Shown: piece by piece, positions 10,006 to 19,960 of the stretch | Layout: each line of letters opens with the position of its first letter | How positions within the stretch are numbered: position 1 is the stretch's first letter | Assembly: GCA_964291655.2 (NCBI GenBank) | Contig: OZ219802.1 | Coordinates: 1,536,001 to 1,600,000 of the forward strand | From: Chloroflexota bacterium | Lineage (GTDB): Bacteria; Chloroflexota; UBA11872; VXOZ01 | DNA: 64,000 nt | Direction of reading: 5' to 3' | Made by a program: the position numbers and the translations under genes | Notes under the pieces: model-generated | Database searches by the model: none | What the model was told of the DNA's origin: nothing | What the model saw: only the letters and a program-made list of their open reading frames with translations

Positions 10006-10485
10006 CTAAGTGGAGTAACGCGGTAGGCCAGCTGAGTTGAGAATGGCCTCTTCCTGCGCGCGCATCTTCGTATAGGCGGCATCTTGGTCATGCGTGTGCC
10101 CAAGCAGATGCAGGAAACCGTGGACGAACAGGTAGGCGAGTTCACGCTCTTCGCTGTGGCCGTATTCTGCCGCCTGGGTCTGCACCCGCGCCAATGAAAT
10201 CGCGATATCCCCCAAGTATTCGCGATTCTCCGGCGGTAGCGCAGGATTGCAACCTGCGTCCGGGGACTGCGCATCCCTGTGGGCAAATGAGAGCACGTCT
10301 GTAGGCTCATCCTTGCCGCGGTAGGTACGGTTGAGTTCCTGCAGGCGCGCGTCGCTCGTTAGCAATACCGTGACTTCGACCGACGCAGCGGTGCCCGTAG
10401 CAACGCGAGCCGCGGTGAACAGACGCTTGAGCAGCGCCGCTATGTCTGGACGTTCTTCCACATCTTCCCAGAGGACTGTCAACAT
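10006..10485 (-). CDS. ybeY: rRNA maturation RNase YbeY
   Basis: LNRTYRGKDEPTDVLSF, LGDIAIS, HGFLHLLGHTH; start approximate. Confidence 0.93.
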   Translation of the reverse strand: MLTVLWEDVEERPDIAALLKRLFTAARVATGTAASVEVTVLLTSDARLQELNRTYRGKDEPTDVLSFAHRDAQSPDAGCNPALPPENREYLGDIAISLARVQTQAAEYGHSEERELAYLFVHGFLHLLGHTHDQDAAYTKMRAQEEAILNSAGLPRYST

Positions 10486-10562
10486 CGCACGTACATTCAT
10501 CCATCGGAGAAAGTGGTAGAGATACTGATGAAGTGTCCCCTTCTCGGGAAAGTGCCCGCGTA

Positions 10563-11297
10563 TTAGTTCCGCGTTGGTCGCGGTTCCCTTAAGAGGCGCC
10601 ACCGCAACCGCAGCACCTCTCGCATGGCGCGCAGGATAACGCGCAGGCTGCCGCCGGTATTCTCGCCGGCGTGGCGTGGCAAGTGGCTGATCGAAACTTC
10701 GCCGACACCGAAACCGGCGCGCTTGGCTTGGACAAGAAACTCGGTGTTGAAGACCGCGCCTGCCGCCTTGATGTCAAGCGTCTCCACCACCTCACGCCGA
10801 AAGATCTTGGAGCCGCAGTCCACATCATGCACCACAAAGCCAAAGAGAATTCGATTGAGTACATTCCAAAGCAGTGCGAAAAACAGGCGGTGAGAAGGGT
10901 CTTGGCGCTGCACGCGGTGGCCGACCACCACGTCGTAGGTATCCAGTGCCTTGAGCATGGGCACAATATCGGCCGTGCGATACTGTGTGTCGGCGTCGCG
11001 CCAGCCGACGATCTCCCATTGTGCAGCCTTGAGGCCCGCCCAAATCGCGGAACCATAGCCGCGAATAGGTTGGTGGATCAGCCGGACGCGGGCATTCGCA
11101 GATTGAATCTGTCGTACGATCTCCACGGTATTGTCGGTACTGTCGTTGTCGACGACAATGACCTCATAGTCGTGCGCGACCCGCTGTAGGGTTTGCACAC
11201 AGTCGCCTATTGTAGCCGCAATATTGTCTGCCTCGTTCAGTGCAGGCAGCACGAGGGAGACGGTCAGGGAAGGTTGCTGCGGAGTCTTCATTGACAT
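10563..11297 (-). CDS. Glycosyltransferase family 2 (DPM-synthase/GtrB-like)
   Basis: VLPALNEADNI, VVDNDSTD, GYGSAI, DAD, DVDCG. Confidence 0.9.
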   Translation of the reverse strand: MSMKTPQQPSLTVSLVLPALNEADNIAATIGDCVQTLQRVAHDYEVIVVDNDSTDNTVEIVRQIQSANARVRLIHQPIRGYGSAIWAGLKAAQWEIVGWRDADTQYRTADIVPMLKALDTYDVVVGHRVQRQDPSHRLFFALLWNVLNRILFGFVVHDVDCGSKIFRREVVETLDIKAAGAVFNTEFLVQAKRAGFGVGEVSISHLPRHAGENTGGSLRVILRAMREVLRLRWRLLREPRPTRN

Positions 11298-12107
11298 ATG
11301 CGGGCGTTGCTTCGCTTCCTTTTCTTAGTAGGCACCGAGATTTCTTGATGCGACACGTTAAGCCATCGCTGTCACGCTCGTTGGCAGTAGACCCATCTCA
11401 TCCGACAACACCGGTTGGCGTCCAACTGAACGTCTCTCCGTAATGGCGACGTTTTGCGCACGTTGCCGGTTTGCAATGATTATCTTGCGCTTTAACGACC
11501 GTCAGGCCTTTTTTGCGCCCAGAACCCAGGGTGCGATCAACTCGCAGCGCGGCAGGAGGTCTTAAGTACAGTATAAGCCGAACTCGGCCTCGTGACACAG
11601 GAGAAACGCCCCGTCCCTCAAAATGCCGCCAAATCGACACTCATCTTGGCACCGCGAGGCGCCTGAGCTTGCAGGTCCTGGCATATCAGGCCGGCCACGA
11701 CAGACTCCGGTCGCATGCCGGCGTGCCTCATGACGCCCGTGAAAACGACAAGGAATGCAAAATTCTGCCGTGGGCCGCTTGGCAGCATCAGTCGTCTCAC
11801 ACGAAGCAAGACTGAGTTATTCGCGGTACATGCACCTCTTGCAAGCCCGCGCCTGCTGCAAGACTCACCTCGCGTCGATGACTGGCCCCGGGGATTAAAC
11901 CGACACCGGCCCTTGGGGGAAAGGGCCGGTGTGGGGTGGTGCGAACAGGAGGAGCATTCAGGAGGCAAGCAAGTTTAGTGAACCATCTGGACATGAATAT
12001 CTCGGAATCCGTAGTTGGCACTGGGCGTGGGTGAGTGGCAGTACACCTGGAGCGACGTTACCGTTCCGAGAAGAGAAGGGTGCAGTATGTGTGCGTCCAC
12101 TTAACGA

Positions 12108-12145
12108 CAAAAGAGCTTCCTCGGCTTTGCCAGCCTAAAGCTCTT
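12108..12145 (-). terminator. Intrinsic terminator (expression platform of the c-di-AMP riboswitch)
   Basis: Minus strand AGAGCTT-taggctggcaaagccgagg-AAGCTCT followed by TTT, directly 3' of the aptamer. Confidence 0.6.
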
Positions 12146-12147
12146 CC

Positions 12148-12256
12148 TATCGCCTGCGAGGTTAGCTGTCGGGTTAGGGTGGAAAGAGTCACCCTCCGCA
12201 CGACTGCGGTTCACCCCAATTGCCGGGTCCCCCGCTCCATTTAAGGATTTGGCGCA
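12148..12256 (-). ncRNA. Cyclic di-AMP (ydaO/yuaA) riboswitch
   Basis: Minus strand GCGCCAAATCC..GGAGCGGGGGACCC..TTGGGGTGAACC..GGAGGGTGACT..CACCCTAACCCGACAGCTAACCTCGCAGGCG matches the ydaO consensus. Confidence 0.9.
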
Positions 12257-12272
12257 TTACTACGGTAAATTC

Positions 12273-12301
12273 ACCGTACCACAACAGTTTTTGGTACGCA
12301 A
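12273..12301 (-). promoter_or_regulatory. Putative sigma70 promoter driving the riboswitch leader
   Basis: Minus strand TTGCGT-17 nt-TACGGT with extended-10 TG, ~17 nt upstream of the aptamer. Confidence 0.55.
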
Positions 12302-12419
12302 GAGTTTGAACGCATAATCTTCAGATTTTCCGTGTGCAATTCTGTGATAGAACAGCCGGCAGAGTCAAGACCGCAGAAACCAATTGCCGAGTCTTCACAG
12401 ATGCAACGATTCTACGCGG

Positions 12420-13982
12420 CTAAGAATCCAAGTAGACTCGATTCAGCCATGGTCGCGCCGTAGCGGAGAGTTGTACGTCACGCACCCAAGGCTTGATGAG
12501 TACACACTCCTTGCCGTGCCACAGCGGTGTCACGGGCGCATCCAACGCAATGCGCTGTTCGATTTCCCCGATTGTCGCTCTTCTCCGGCCTTTGTCTTGC
12601 TCTCCCCGTGCTTGGAGCAGCAGTGCGTCAACTTCCGGGCTGCGGTAGCCACTGTAATTCGTCAGACTTGTCGAGCGGAAGAGCGGATCGAGGAGAGCTT
12701 GCGGATCAGGATAGTCGGCTTGCCGCGTGAATAGGAAGAGCTGATAGGGATTCTCACGGCTTTCAAGGTTGCCGACGAATGTGGCCCAGGGCTCGCGCTG
12801 GATGCGGACTCGTATGCCGAGATGCTCCTGAAACATATTGATCAACGCCGTCATGGTAGGCGGCGTCGGGCCGCGCGTGCCCGGTACAGTAAACGTGACC
12901 TCCGGCAGGTTGCTGGCATCGCGATACCGGGAATCCGCCAGCGCCTGCCTCGCCTTGAAAATGTCAAAGTCCACGGTTTCAGCGTCGCCGTTGTGCGTCA
13001 GCGAAGGTGGGAGGAGCGAAGTTGCCTTGCCCACGGTATTGGAGAATACTTGCTCAACGATGGCCGCACGGTCAATGGCAAAGGCAAATGCCTGACGCAC
13101 GCCCTCGTCATCGAAGGGCGGAATGCGGTTGTTCATGGCGAGAAACGTCATCTCGAGAGCATCGTGGATAACCAAGTCTTTATGTAAAGGATTATTCCTA
13201 TCAAGCACTGCCGCAATGTCGTTCGCGTCAACGTACAGAATGTCCAGGGAACCGTCAGCATAGCCGCTCAGGGATTGCGCACCAACCCTACCGGTGATCT
13301 CAATCCGATCCAGCAGCGGCTCGAATCCATAGAAGCCTTCACTCCGTGCCAAGGTCAATAATTCGCCGGGAACCCAATCTACAACAGCAAACGGGCCGCT
13401 GCCCTGCGGCGATGCACCGTTCCCTAACCCAGAGGGCGCCTGGACATACGTGGTCGGGTGTGTGAGTTTTGTGGGGAATGTAAGATCGGGCTCGATGAGG
13501 TCTATTTCGAGCGTGCGCGCATTGACGGCGCGGACACCGCTTATGTCCTGGGCGACTTCATTGCGGTACTGAGCAAAACCCACAATATTGCCGAGGAATA
13601 GTCGCGCCCGCGGCGACTCGAATCGAGGATCAAGGAGGTACTCCCACGTATCCTTGATGTGAGCGGCAACGAGTTGCTCTCCATCGTGAAAGCGGAGACC
13701 CGGACGCAAAGGAAATTGATACGTGCGGCTATCTGCTGACATCGACCAACGCTGCGCTAAGTCAGGGATTGGATCCCCTTCAGCATTCAGCGCAACCAGT
13801 CCGCTGTACACGTGGGCCGCTAACTGGGCGTTGAGATCGGATTGCAGCGTCGCCGGGTCAAGCTCGTTCGGCAGTGGCATTTGGATGCGCAATGTCCCGC
13901 CGGACTTATCGTCACCACAGCCGGTGAGCAAAGGTGTCAGAAACCCCGCAAGAATGCTTGCGAGCACCGTGCGGCGTTGCAC
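12420..13982 (-). CDS. Peptide/nickel ABC transporter substrate-binding lipoprotein (SBP family 5)
   Basis: Lipobox LLTGC, LDP, PDLAQRW, FHDG, GSGPF, VRQAFAFAIDR; GTG start after AGGAG. Confidence 0.9.
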   Translation of the reverse strand: MQRRTVLASILAGFLTPLLTGCGDDKSGGTLRIQMPLPNELDPATLQSDLNAQLAAHVYSGLVALNAEGDPIPDLAQRWSMSADSRTYQFPLRPGLRFHDGEQLVAAHIKDTWEYLLDPRFESPRARLFLGNIVGFAQYRNEVAQDISGVRAVNARTLEIDLIEPDLTFPTKLTHPTTYVQAPSGLGNGASPQGSGPFAVVDWVPGELLTLARSEGFYGFEPLLDRIEITGRVGAQSLSGYADGSLDILYVDANDIAAVLDRNNPLHKDLVIHDALEMTFLAMNNRIPPFDDEGVRQAFAFAIDRAAIVEQVFSNTVGKATSLLPPSLTHNGDAETVDFDIFKARQALADSRYRDASNLPEVTFTVPGTRGPTPPTMTALINMFQEHLGIRVRIQREPWATFVGNLESRENPYQLFLFTRQADYPDPQALLDPLFRSTSLTNYSGYRSPEVDALLLQARGEQDKGRRRATIGEIEQRIALDAPVTPLWHGKECVLIKPWVRDVQLSATARPWLNRVYLDS

Positions 13983-14421
13983 TAAACGATTCTCCTTGCA
14001 GGAGCGCATCGCGGCCACTGCGCCGCTCCCTGGTTTCGTAATGTCATGGATGATTCTCTCTCTAGGCTTGTTCGCCCTTCACTCCCGCACGCAAAGGCTT
14101 CCCGCAGTTCACTTGCGTCAAGGAGGACCGCAACGTGCGGGGCCCTGCAATCACACGGCACCGGACCCAATGGGGTGCGACCTAGGATAAACTCGTTTGC
14201 TGCAAGTCTACAGGTCGCATGTTCGGCATCCGAGAACGCCATGTCCCTATGCACTCAACCGGATTCAACCAAAACTGGAGCACACATTCAGCGTGGATTC
14301 CGAATCCTCCGAGCGGTACATACAGGGATGTTTCCGATCGATGCCCTCATAGAGCACGGAATCTATCCCCTCTCGTATAATATGCGTTGAGAACCCATGC
14401 TGTCGAGAGGAGGAGTTCCGG

Positions 14422-15363
14422 ATGCGCTATCGAACGTTAGGTCGCACTGGCTTAGAGGTTTCACTGCTCGGCATTGGAACCGGAGGACCCAGCAACTTTG
14501 GGCAGAGCTCCGGTGTGCCGGAGGCCGACATTCATCGCCTGGTGCGGCGGGCGCTCGACGAAGGGGTGAACATCTTCGACTCTGCCGCCGGGTACCGAGA
14601 CAGCGAGGCCATCCTGGGACGGGCGCTCAAAGGCGTGCCGCGCGATCGCTACTACCTGGCGACGAAGTTCACGCCGGAGCGAGATGGCGCGGTCGCCACG
14701 CCGGATGACGTGGTGGCTTCGGTAGAGCGCAGCCTCAGTCGCTTGCAAACGGATTCCGTCGAGGTACTTCAGTTCCACGGCGTACGCCCGCAGCAATACC
14801 GCGCGGTGATGGAACGCTTGCTGCCAACGGTGCTGAAGCTGCAAGAACAGGGCAAGTGCCGCTGGATTGGCATCACTGAGCAATACGGAGAAGACGGCGG
14901 GCACGAAACGCTGCAGATGGCGCTGAAGGACAACCACTTCGACACAGCCATGGTCGGCTACAACATGCTCAATCAAAGCGCCGATAGTCTCGTATATCCG
15001 CAATGCCTGGAACACAATGTGGGGGTTTTCATCATGTTTGCCGTACGGCGCGTCCTCGCCGTGCCGGCGCGCCTGGAACAGACGGTTGCAGACCTGAAGC
15101 AGCGCGGTCTGGTGGCCGCGGACGCCGTACCTCCTTCTGCACCCCTCGATTGGCTGATCCACGGCAACGTGGATTCCATACCGAGCGCGGCGTACAAGTT
15201 CACGGCGATGCATCCCGCCGTGAGCACGGTGTTGAGCGGCACCGCCAATCTGGAGCACTTTGAAAACAACCTGCGGGCGCTTGAAGATCCCACGCTGCCG
15301 GATGCCGACTACGCGCGTTTGCATGCACTCTTTGGCAATGTCACTGATCCCATTGGGAACTAG
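14422..15363 (+). CDS. Aldo/keto reductase
   Basis: YRTLGRTGLEVS, FDSAAGY..SE..LG, LATK, SLSRLQTD; GGAGG RBS. Confidence 0.92.
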   Translation: MRYRTLGRTGLEVSLLGIGTGGPSNFGQSSGVPEADIHRLVRRALDEGVNIFDSAAGYRDSEAILGRALKGVPRDRYYLATKFTPERDGAVATPDDVVASVERSLSRLQTDSVEVLQFHGVRPQQYRAVMERLLPTVLKLQEQGKCRWIGITEQYGEDGGHETLQMALKDNHFDTAMVGYNMLNQSADSLVYPQCLEHNVGVFIMFAVRRVLAVPARLEQTVADLKQRGLVAADAVPPSAPLDWLIHGNVDSIPSAAYKFTAMHPAVSTVLSGTANLEHFENNLRALEDPTLPDADYARLHALFGNVTDPIGN

Positions 15364-15397
15364 CCTTGTAGCCGGCGCAGGTTCCCATGGTATCGAC

Positions 15398-16291
15398 TTA
15401 CTCCCAACGGCCCAGGTGCGGCAGTGGTCTCGTAATCGCCAGCATAGGGCGCGCAAGTGTCGGTGCAGTGGCTAGCGGTGTCTCTTCCCCCCCGCCAGGG
15501 GATTGTAAGCCCCAATTATCCTTGTAGAGCAGGAAGACGGCTGGAATAAGCAGTGGACGGATAAGCTGAATTGCAGCCCATGTGAGGTCTGGCAGGGCGA
15601 CGAGGAGCAAGGCTCGCGTAGCATGCGGGAGGGCGAGCAGCAGCCCACCGCCTACCAGGCCGAGGGGAATCGCGATAGGTGCGCTAGCAAGGACAAGCGT
15701 ACTCATGCACACCCAGAACGAGCGCCCGCTCAGCCGCCAGGACTCGACGGTCGCAAGCGTTCCCGGCAGATCACCGTGCACGGCAAAGAAGGGCGCCAGC
15801 ATAGTGCGCGTGTGAATGGCAAGCGCCACGCCACCTGCAGCAATCCACCAGAATCCATCTGCAAAAGGTTGGACGCCATCCCCCAGCGGGATTATGTCCT
15901 TCTGTCTGGCATGCAGCCAGACGAGCGCACTGAACGGAATCCAGAACATGAGGCTGGTATGGGCATTCGTCCAAAGGTAGCGAAACACCCAATGCAGCGC
16001 AATTCTGCTCGCTTGTACCACACCTATTGCGCGTCCCTGCGCGTGATACGCCACCAGCACCATAACTACTAGCGTGCCAAGTACGACAGTAAGCGAGCGC
16101 AGGAAGTAGAGCAGCACTTGCTGCCAGCCGTTAGGTTCAGGAATGAGCACGGTCAGTGCGGCTACGAGGAGCGCTGGCGAAACATACAATGCGGTTAGGC
16201 GTCCGTAGGTGGCGATGTGAGGACGCACCAATGAAATGCCTCTTGCAAAGTATTGCGCTGCCAACCGCCATGCAGCAAAGAAGGTATCCAT
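15398..16291 (-). CDS. Hypothetical integral membrane protein
   Basis: 297 aa ORF with about 6 hydrophobic segments; no recognised motif. Confidence 0.6.
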   Translation of the reverse strand: MDTFFAAWRLAAQYFARGISLVRPHIATYGRLTALYVSPALLVAALTVLIPEPNGWQQVLLYFLRSLTVVLGTLVVMVLVAYHAQGRAIGVVQASRIALHWVFRYLWTNAHTSLMFWIPFSALVWLHARQKDIIPLGDGVQPFADGFWWIAAGGVALAIHTRTMLAPFFAVHGDLPGTLATVESWRLSGRSFWVCMSTLVLASAPIAIPLGLVGGGLLLALPHATRALLLVALPDLTWAAIQLIRPLLIPAVFLLYKDNWGLQSPGGGEETPLATAPTLARPMLAITRPLPHLGRWE

Positions 16292-16474
16292 CTCTTACGT
16301 CGTCCTCGTGTGCCTTAGAAGGACAACTGTCCTACCGTAAGAGTAGCACAAGGCCGGAGTACGCGGACACATGCGCAGTGTCGCGGCGTTTCTTGCACGA
16401 GTTACAGAGAGCGCTCCGGCGAATCCTCGCGGCAACCGTGAATGCGCCTCCTGCATAGGGCATGAGTGTAGACC

Positions 16475-16840
16475 TTAGGCCGGATCATTTGCCCTGTTTA
16501 TGCGTTGCATTATCTCCGATAGCCGCGACCAACTTTGCAGAGTTACCGGCAGCACCAAAGCGGAATCAATGAACTCCCATGAATAGCTGATGATGGAAAA
16601 GATCCTGCCGACGGTGATTTCCATGTTCGTTGCCGCGAACCAGAGATTGAAGAGGATGAGGCCAAGCATCGCGGTGTAGATTGCGCCGTAGACGTAGGCT
16701 TCCGTGTCCGACAACCTAATCCCGACTCTCCGTATCTTGTTTAAATGGGACAGAATACCCTCGGGATGCGCTGACTCCAGAATGCGGACTTGCTGCTCCG
16801 TCTGCTGGTTGTACGCGGCATTCAAGCGATAGAACCGCCG
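16475..16840 (-). pseudogene. C-terminal fragment of an ABC-transporter six-TM-domain protein (ABC_membrane_3-like)
   Basis: RFYRLN..YN...EQQV...LSD.EA...IFSIISYSWEF resembles the family C-terminus; upstream part of the ORF looks non-coding. Confidence 0.55.
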
Positions 16841-16979
16841 GGGCCCCGGGTGGTTGTTGGCCCACGGAACGGCTATGGTATCGTGAAGCCGGTGCTGGTC
16901 GCAGACCGCTTTGAAAAAGACGGCCGCATCGCAGTCCCACAAAAATACCCCCTTCAGAATCTGAGTGAGTGTGCGATTG

Positions 16980-18257
16980 ATGACGAAGACCACTGAAAAT
17001 AACGAAACTAACAGAGAGCCAACAACGCCGCCGGGTCAGCCGCGTATGCGGCCCTGTGTGGTTGTGCACTATCACGAAGTGGGCCTGAAGGGCCGCAACC
17101 GGCCGTTCTTTTTGAGTACGCTGGAAGAAAACCTGCGCCAAGGTACCGCGGGCTTGGGTGTAAAGCAAATCGAGCGTGCCAGCGGACGCATTCTCCTGTG
17201 GCTGGAGCCGGACGCACCCTGGGAGCCGTTGCGCGCTCGCATCGCGCGGGTTTTTGGGGTCGTGAACTTCGCACGCGGGTATGCCGTGCAACCGGTTCTC
17301 GATACCCTCATCCGGAGCGTGGTGCATCGGTTACCGGAAGCGAATTCCTTCAAGACATTCGCCGTACGCGCGCGCCGTGCATTCAAGGACCTCCCGCTTT
17401 CCTCGCGGGAAATAGCGGTCAACTTAGGCGCGGCAGTGCAGGCGGCGAGTGGGGCGGGCGTGAATCTCAGCGCGCCGGATATGACGATCTACGTCGAAGT
17501 GCTGCCGCAGTATGCCCTGTTCTTCTTTGACAAAATACGCGGCCCCGGCGGACTGCCGGTTGGCTGCAGCGCGCCGGTCACGGTGCTACTCTCCGGCGGC
17601 ATCGATTCGCCCGTGGCCGCCTGCCGCATGTTGAAACGCGGTTCCCGTGCCGTGCTCGTGCACTTTCATTCCTTCCCGTATCTCAACAACGCCTCGCAGG
17701 AGAAGGCACGCGAGTTGTCGCAAGTGATACGTGGTTACCAAGGGGATACTGTGCTCTACCTGGTCCCATTGGGTGAGATTCAGCGCCAGATCGTGGTTGC
17801 GTGCCCCGCGCCTTACCGCGTTGTGCTCTACCGGCGTTTCATGGTGCGCATTGCAGAGGAGTTGGGCAAACGGCACGGCACGCAGGCGCTGGTAACCGGC
17901 GACAGCCTGGGCCAAGTCGCCTCGCAGACCATCGAAAATCTTACCGCCATCGATGACGCCGCCACACAGATCATCCTGCGCCCGCTCGTCGGCATGGATA
18001 AGCAGGAAATTGCCGATGAAGCCGAACGCATTGGCTCCTACGCCATCTCGATCCAGCCCGATCAGGACTGTTGCGCGCTCTTCGTGCCTGCCAATCCATC
18101 CATACACACGGACCTCAATGGCATCCGCAAGGCCGAATCTGTATTGGACGTAGAGTCGCTCGTGCGGCAAGGCATCGCCGAAGCGGAGATTGTGGAATAC
18201 TGGCAAGGAGACACCAAGTCTGCTGCCGTGCAGAAGAAGAGTTCATTGTCTGTGTAA
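16980..18257 (+). CDS. thiI: tRNA 4-thiouridine(8) synthase ThiI
   Basis: HYHEVGLKGRNR, THUMP domain, LSGGIDSPVA, GDSLGQVASQT, RPLVGMDK, DCC; start uncertain (16980 or 17046). Confidence 0.93.
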   Translation: MTKTTENNETNREPTTPPGQPRMRPCVVVHYHEVGLKGRNRPFFLSTLEENLRQGTAGLGVKQIERASGRILLWLEPDAPWEPLRARIARVFGVVNFARGYAVQPVLDTLIRSVVHRLPEANSFKTFAVRARRAFKDLPLSSREIAVNLGAAVQAASGAGVNLSAPDMTIYVEVLPQYALFFFDKIRGPGGLPVGCSAPVTVLLSGGIDSPVAACRMLKRGSRAVLVHFHSFPYLNNASQEKARELSQVIRGYQGDTVLYLVPLGEIQRQIVVACPAPYRVVLYRRFMVRIAEELGKRHGTQALVTGDSLGQVASQTIENLTAIDDAATQIILRPLVGMDKQEIADEAERIGSYAISIQPDQDCCALFVPANPSIHTDLNGIRKAESVLDVESLVRQGIAEAEIVEYWQGDTKSAAVQKKSSLSV

Positions 18258-18290
18258 ATTGAAACATACGTAGCTAGTCAGTTTGAAGTA

Positions 18291-18527
18291 ATGAAAATCA
18301 GCTATGACCCTGAGGCAGACGCGCTCTACATCCGCCTCATCGAGGGCAGACAGGAGTGCCGCACGCTGCGGCTGAATGAAGAAGCGGCCCTCAATGTCGG
18401 CCCTGGAGAGGTACTCGTCGGCATTGAGCTTCTCGATGCGTCACACGTGCTGGGAGATGGTGAGGCGCCGGCTGTGGACCTGATAAACGTGAAGGCAACC
18501 GCCGAAGCGACCGTAAAGAGCCAGTAG
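18291..18527 (+). CDS. DUF2283 family small protein
   Basis: MKISYDPEADALYIRL...VGIELLDAS. Confidence 0.85.
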   Translation: MKISYDPEADALYIRLIEGRQECRTLRLNEEAALNVGPGEVLVGIELLDASHVLGDGEAPAVDLINVKATAEATVKSQ

Positions 18528-18557
18528 CCGACTTGTCGGCCGCGCCCGGCGGGAGCG

Positions 18558-19253
18558 CTAGCCTCGGGTTTTTGGCTCCATGGTCTCGATCATCGGCAGC
18601 AGGCGCTCGTAGAGCTCTGCCGTGGCCCGGGCGTCCTTGAGACAGTAGGTGGCGATGTCATCATACCTGCCGTCGGCAAAGGCCTTGGGGACTGCGCTGC
18701 CGGTCAGGCCCTCTTTGGGATCGCCTATGCCGAACTGGTGACACCAGAAACGCAGGCTGTACGGCTGAATGGCGCGGTGGAAGCTCATGACTTCCTGCAA
18801 GTCGCAGTGATCGCGGAAGCTATAGCGGTAGGGCATGAGGTTGCGGCTGGGGCGGACACCATTCACGGCGGAGCGCAGCATGAGGATGGGGCAGTCAAAG
18901 CCGCGCCCGTTGTACGTGACAATCGTGCCGAACTGTGGGACGAGCTGCCAAAACTGCTCAAGTATCTCCTCCTCACTGCCATGGAAGACGCGCGCACCGT
19001 CGTGGATTTCCTGCCATTCCCGCGCGCCGGTCGGGTTGTTGACGAGCACGCCGCCGCTCTGCTCGCCGGGCCGCCACATGCCGATGGCGACAACTTTCGC
19101 GGCGCCGGGATACAGCGCCAATTGGCCCGGAAACGCCGCAAGTTCTTCTTCGTCTCTTGCCCGGCCTTTCAGGTATTCCTGGATTTCGGGCACGAAGCCC
19201 TCCCACGGCTGATGCGTCGTCTCGATGTCAATGGCTAGCGGCTGTGAAGCCAT
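18558..19253 (-). CDS. Stand-alone DEDD 3'-5' exonuclease (PolB exonuclease-like)
   Basis: ExoI DIET, ExoII YNGRGFD, ExoIII YCLKD; AGGAG RBS. Confidence 0.85.
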   Translation of the reverse strand: MASQPLAIDIETTHQPWEGFVPEIQEYLKGRARDEEELAAFPGQLALYPGAAKVVAIGMWRPGEQSGGVLVNNPTGAREWQEIHDGARVFHGSEEEILEQFWQLVPQFGTIVTYNGRGFDCPILMLRSAVNGVRPSRNLMPYRYSFRDHCDLQEVMSFHRAIQPYSLRFWCHQFGIGDPKEGLTGSAVPKAFADGRYDDIATYCLKDARATAELYERLLPMIETMEPKTRG

Positions 19254-19432
19254 AGGTTAATTTCTCCTTGGCGTGAAGACCGTCGGTGCAAGAGACCTCT
19301 CCGGCTTTGGTCGCCGTGCAGCGCTTGGCATCGTAGCGCAAGCGGTACGACTATGGCTATAGACGCTATGGCTACAGCCGCAGATTAAGGGGTCAGGTAT
19401 ACCTCACTCTGTCATAGTAACGAAATAACAGT

Positions 19433-19831
19433 CCCCACCGTCACTCCAATCCCACTGTCATCGCGATCCCACCGTCTCTTCGATCCCACCTTCTTTTCGA
19501 GCCTACTGTCATTTCGAGCCTACTGTCATTTCGAGCGCAGCGAGAAATCTAGGGTTCTCAACCCACTATCACGCGGCTCAGTCAACCAATATTCTAGACT
19601 CCTCACTCCGTTCGGAGTGACAAGCTCAGGGGTGCCACAAGCCCCACCGTCACTCCAATCCCTCTGTCATCGCAATCCCACCGTCTTTTCGATCCCACCG
19701 TCATATCGAGCCTACTGTCATTTCCAGCCTACTGTCATTTCGAGCGCAGCGAGAAATCTAGGGTTCTCAACCCACTAACTTGCTGCTCAGTTAACCAATA
19801 TTCTAGACTCCTCACTCCGTTCGGAGTGACA
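19433..19831. repeat. Two tandem ~209-bp units, each six 17-nt subrepeats plus a REP doublet
   Basis: Units start at 19433 and 19642; GTCATTTCGAGCGCAGCGAGAAATCTAG...CTAGACTCCTCACTCCGTTCGGAGTGACA in both. Confidence 0.9.
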
Positions 19832-19960
19832 GACCTAGGGGTTCTCACTAACGACAGACCTGATTCGTTGCTCCGGTTGACTATGCACCTTGATATGCGC
19901 CGCACCATGCTTAGGCGTCGGTCTCGCGTTACCCGACACTATAGAATTGCCGCACGTGAC

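Noticed and set aside
11398-12021. Short minus-strand ORFs as the riboswitch-controlled gene
   Set aside because: They have no RBS, no recognisable motifs and low-complexity Arg/Pro/Gly-rich translations.
19433-19831. CRISPR array or iteron origin
   Set aside because: The 17-mers are contiguous and degenerate with no spacers, and there is no rep or cas gene; they derive from a REP end.
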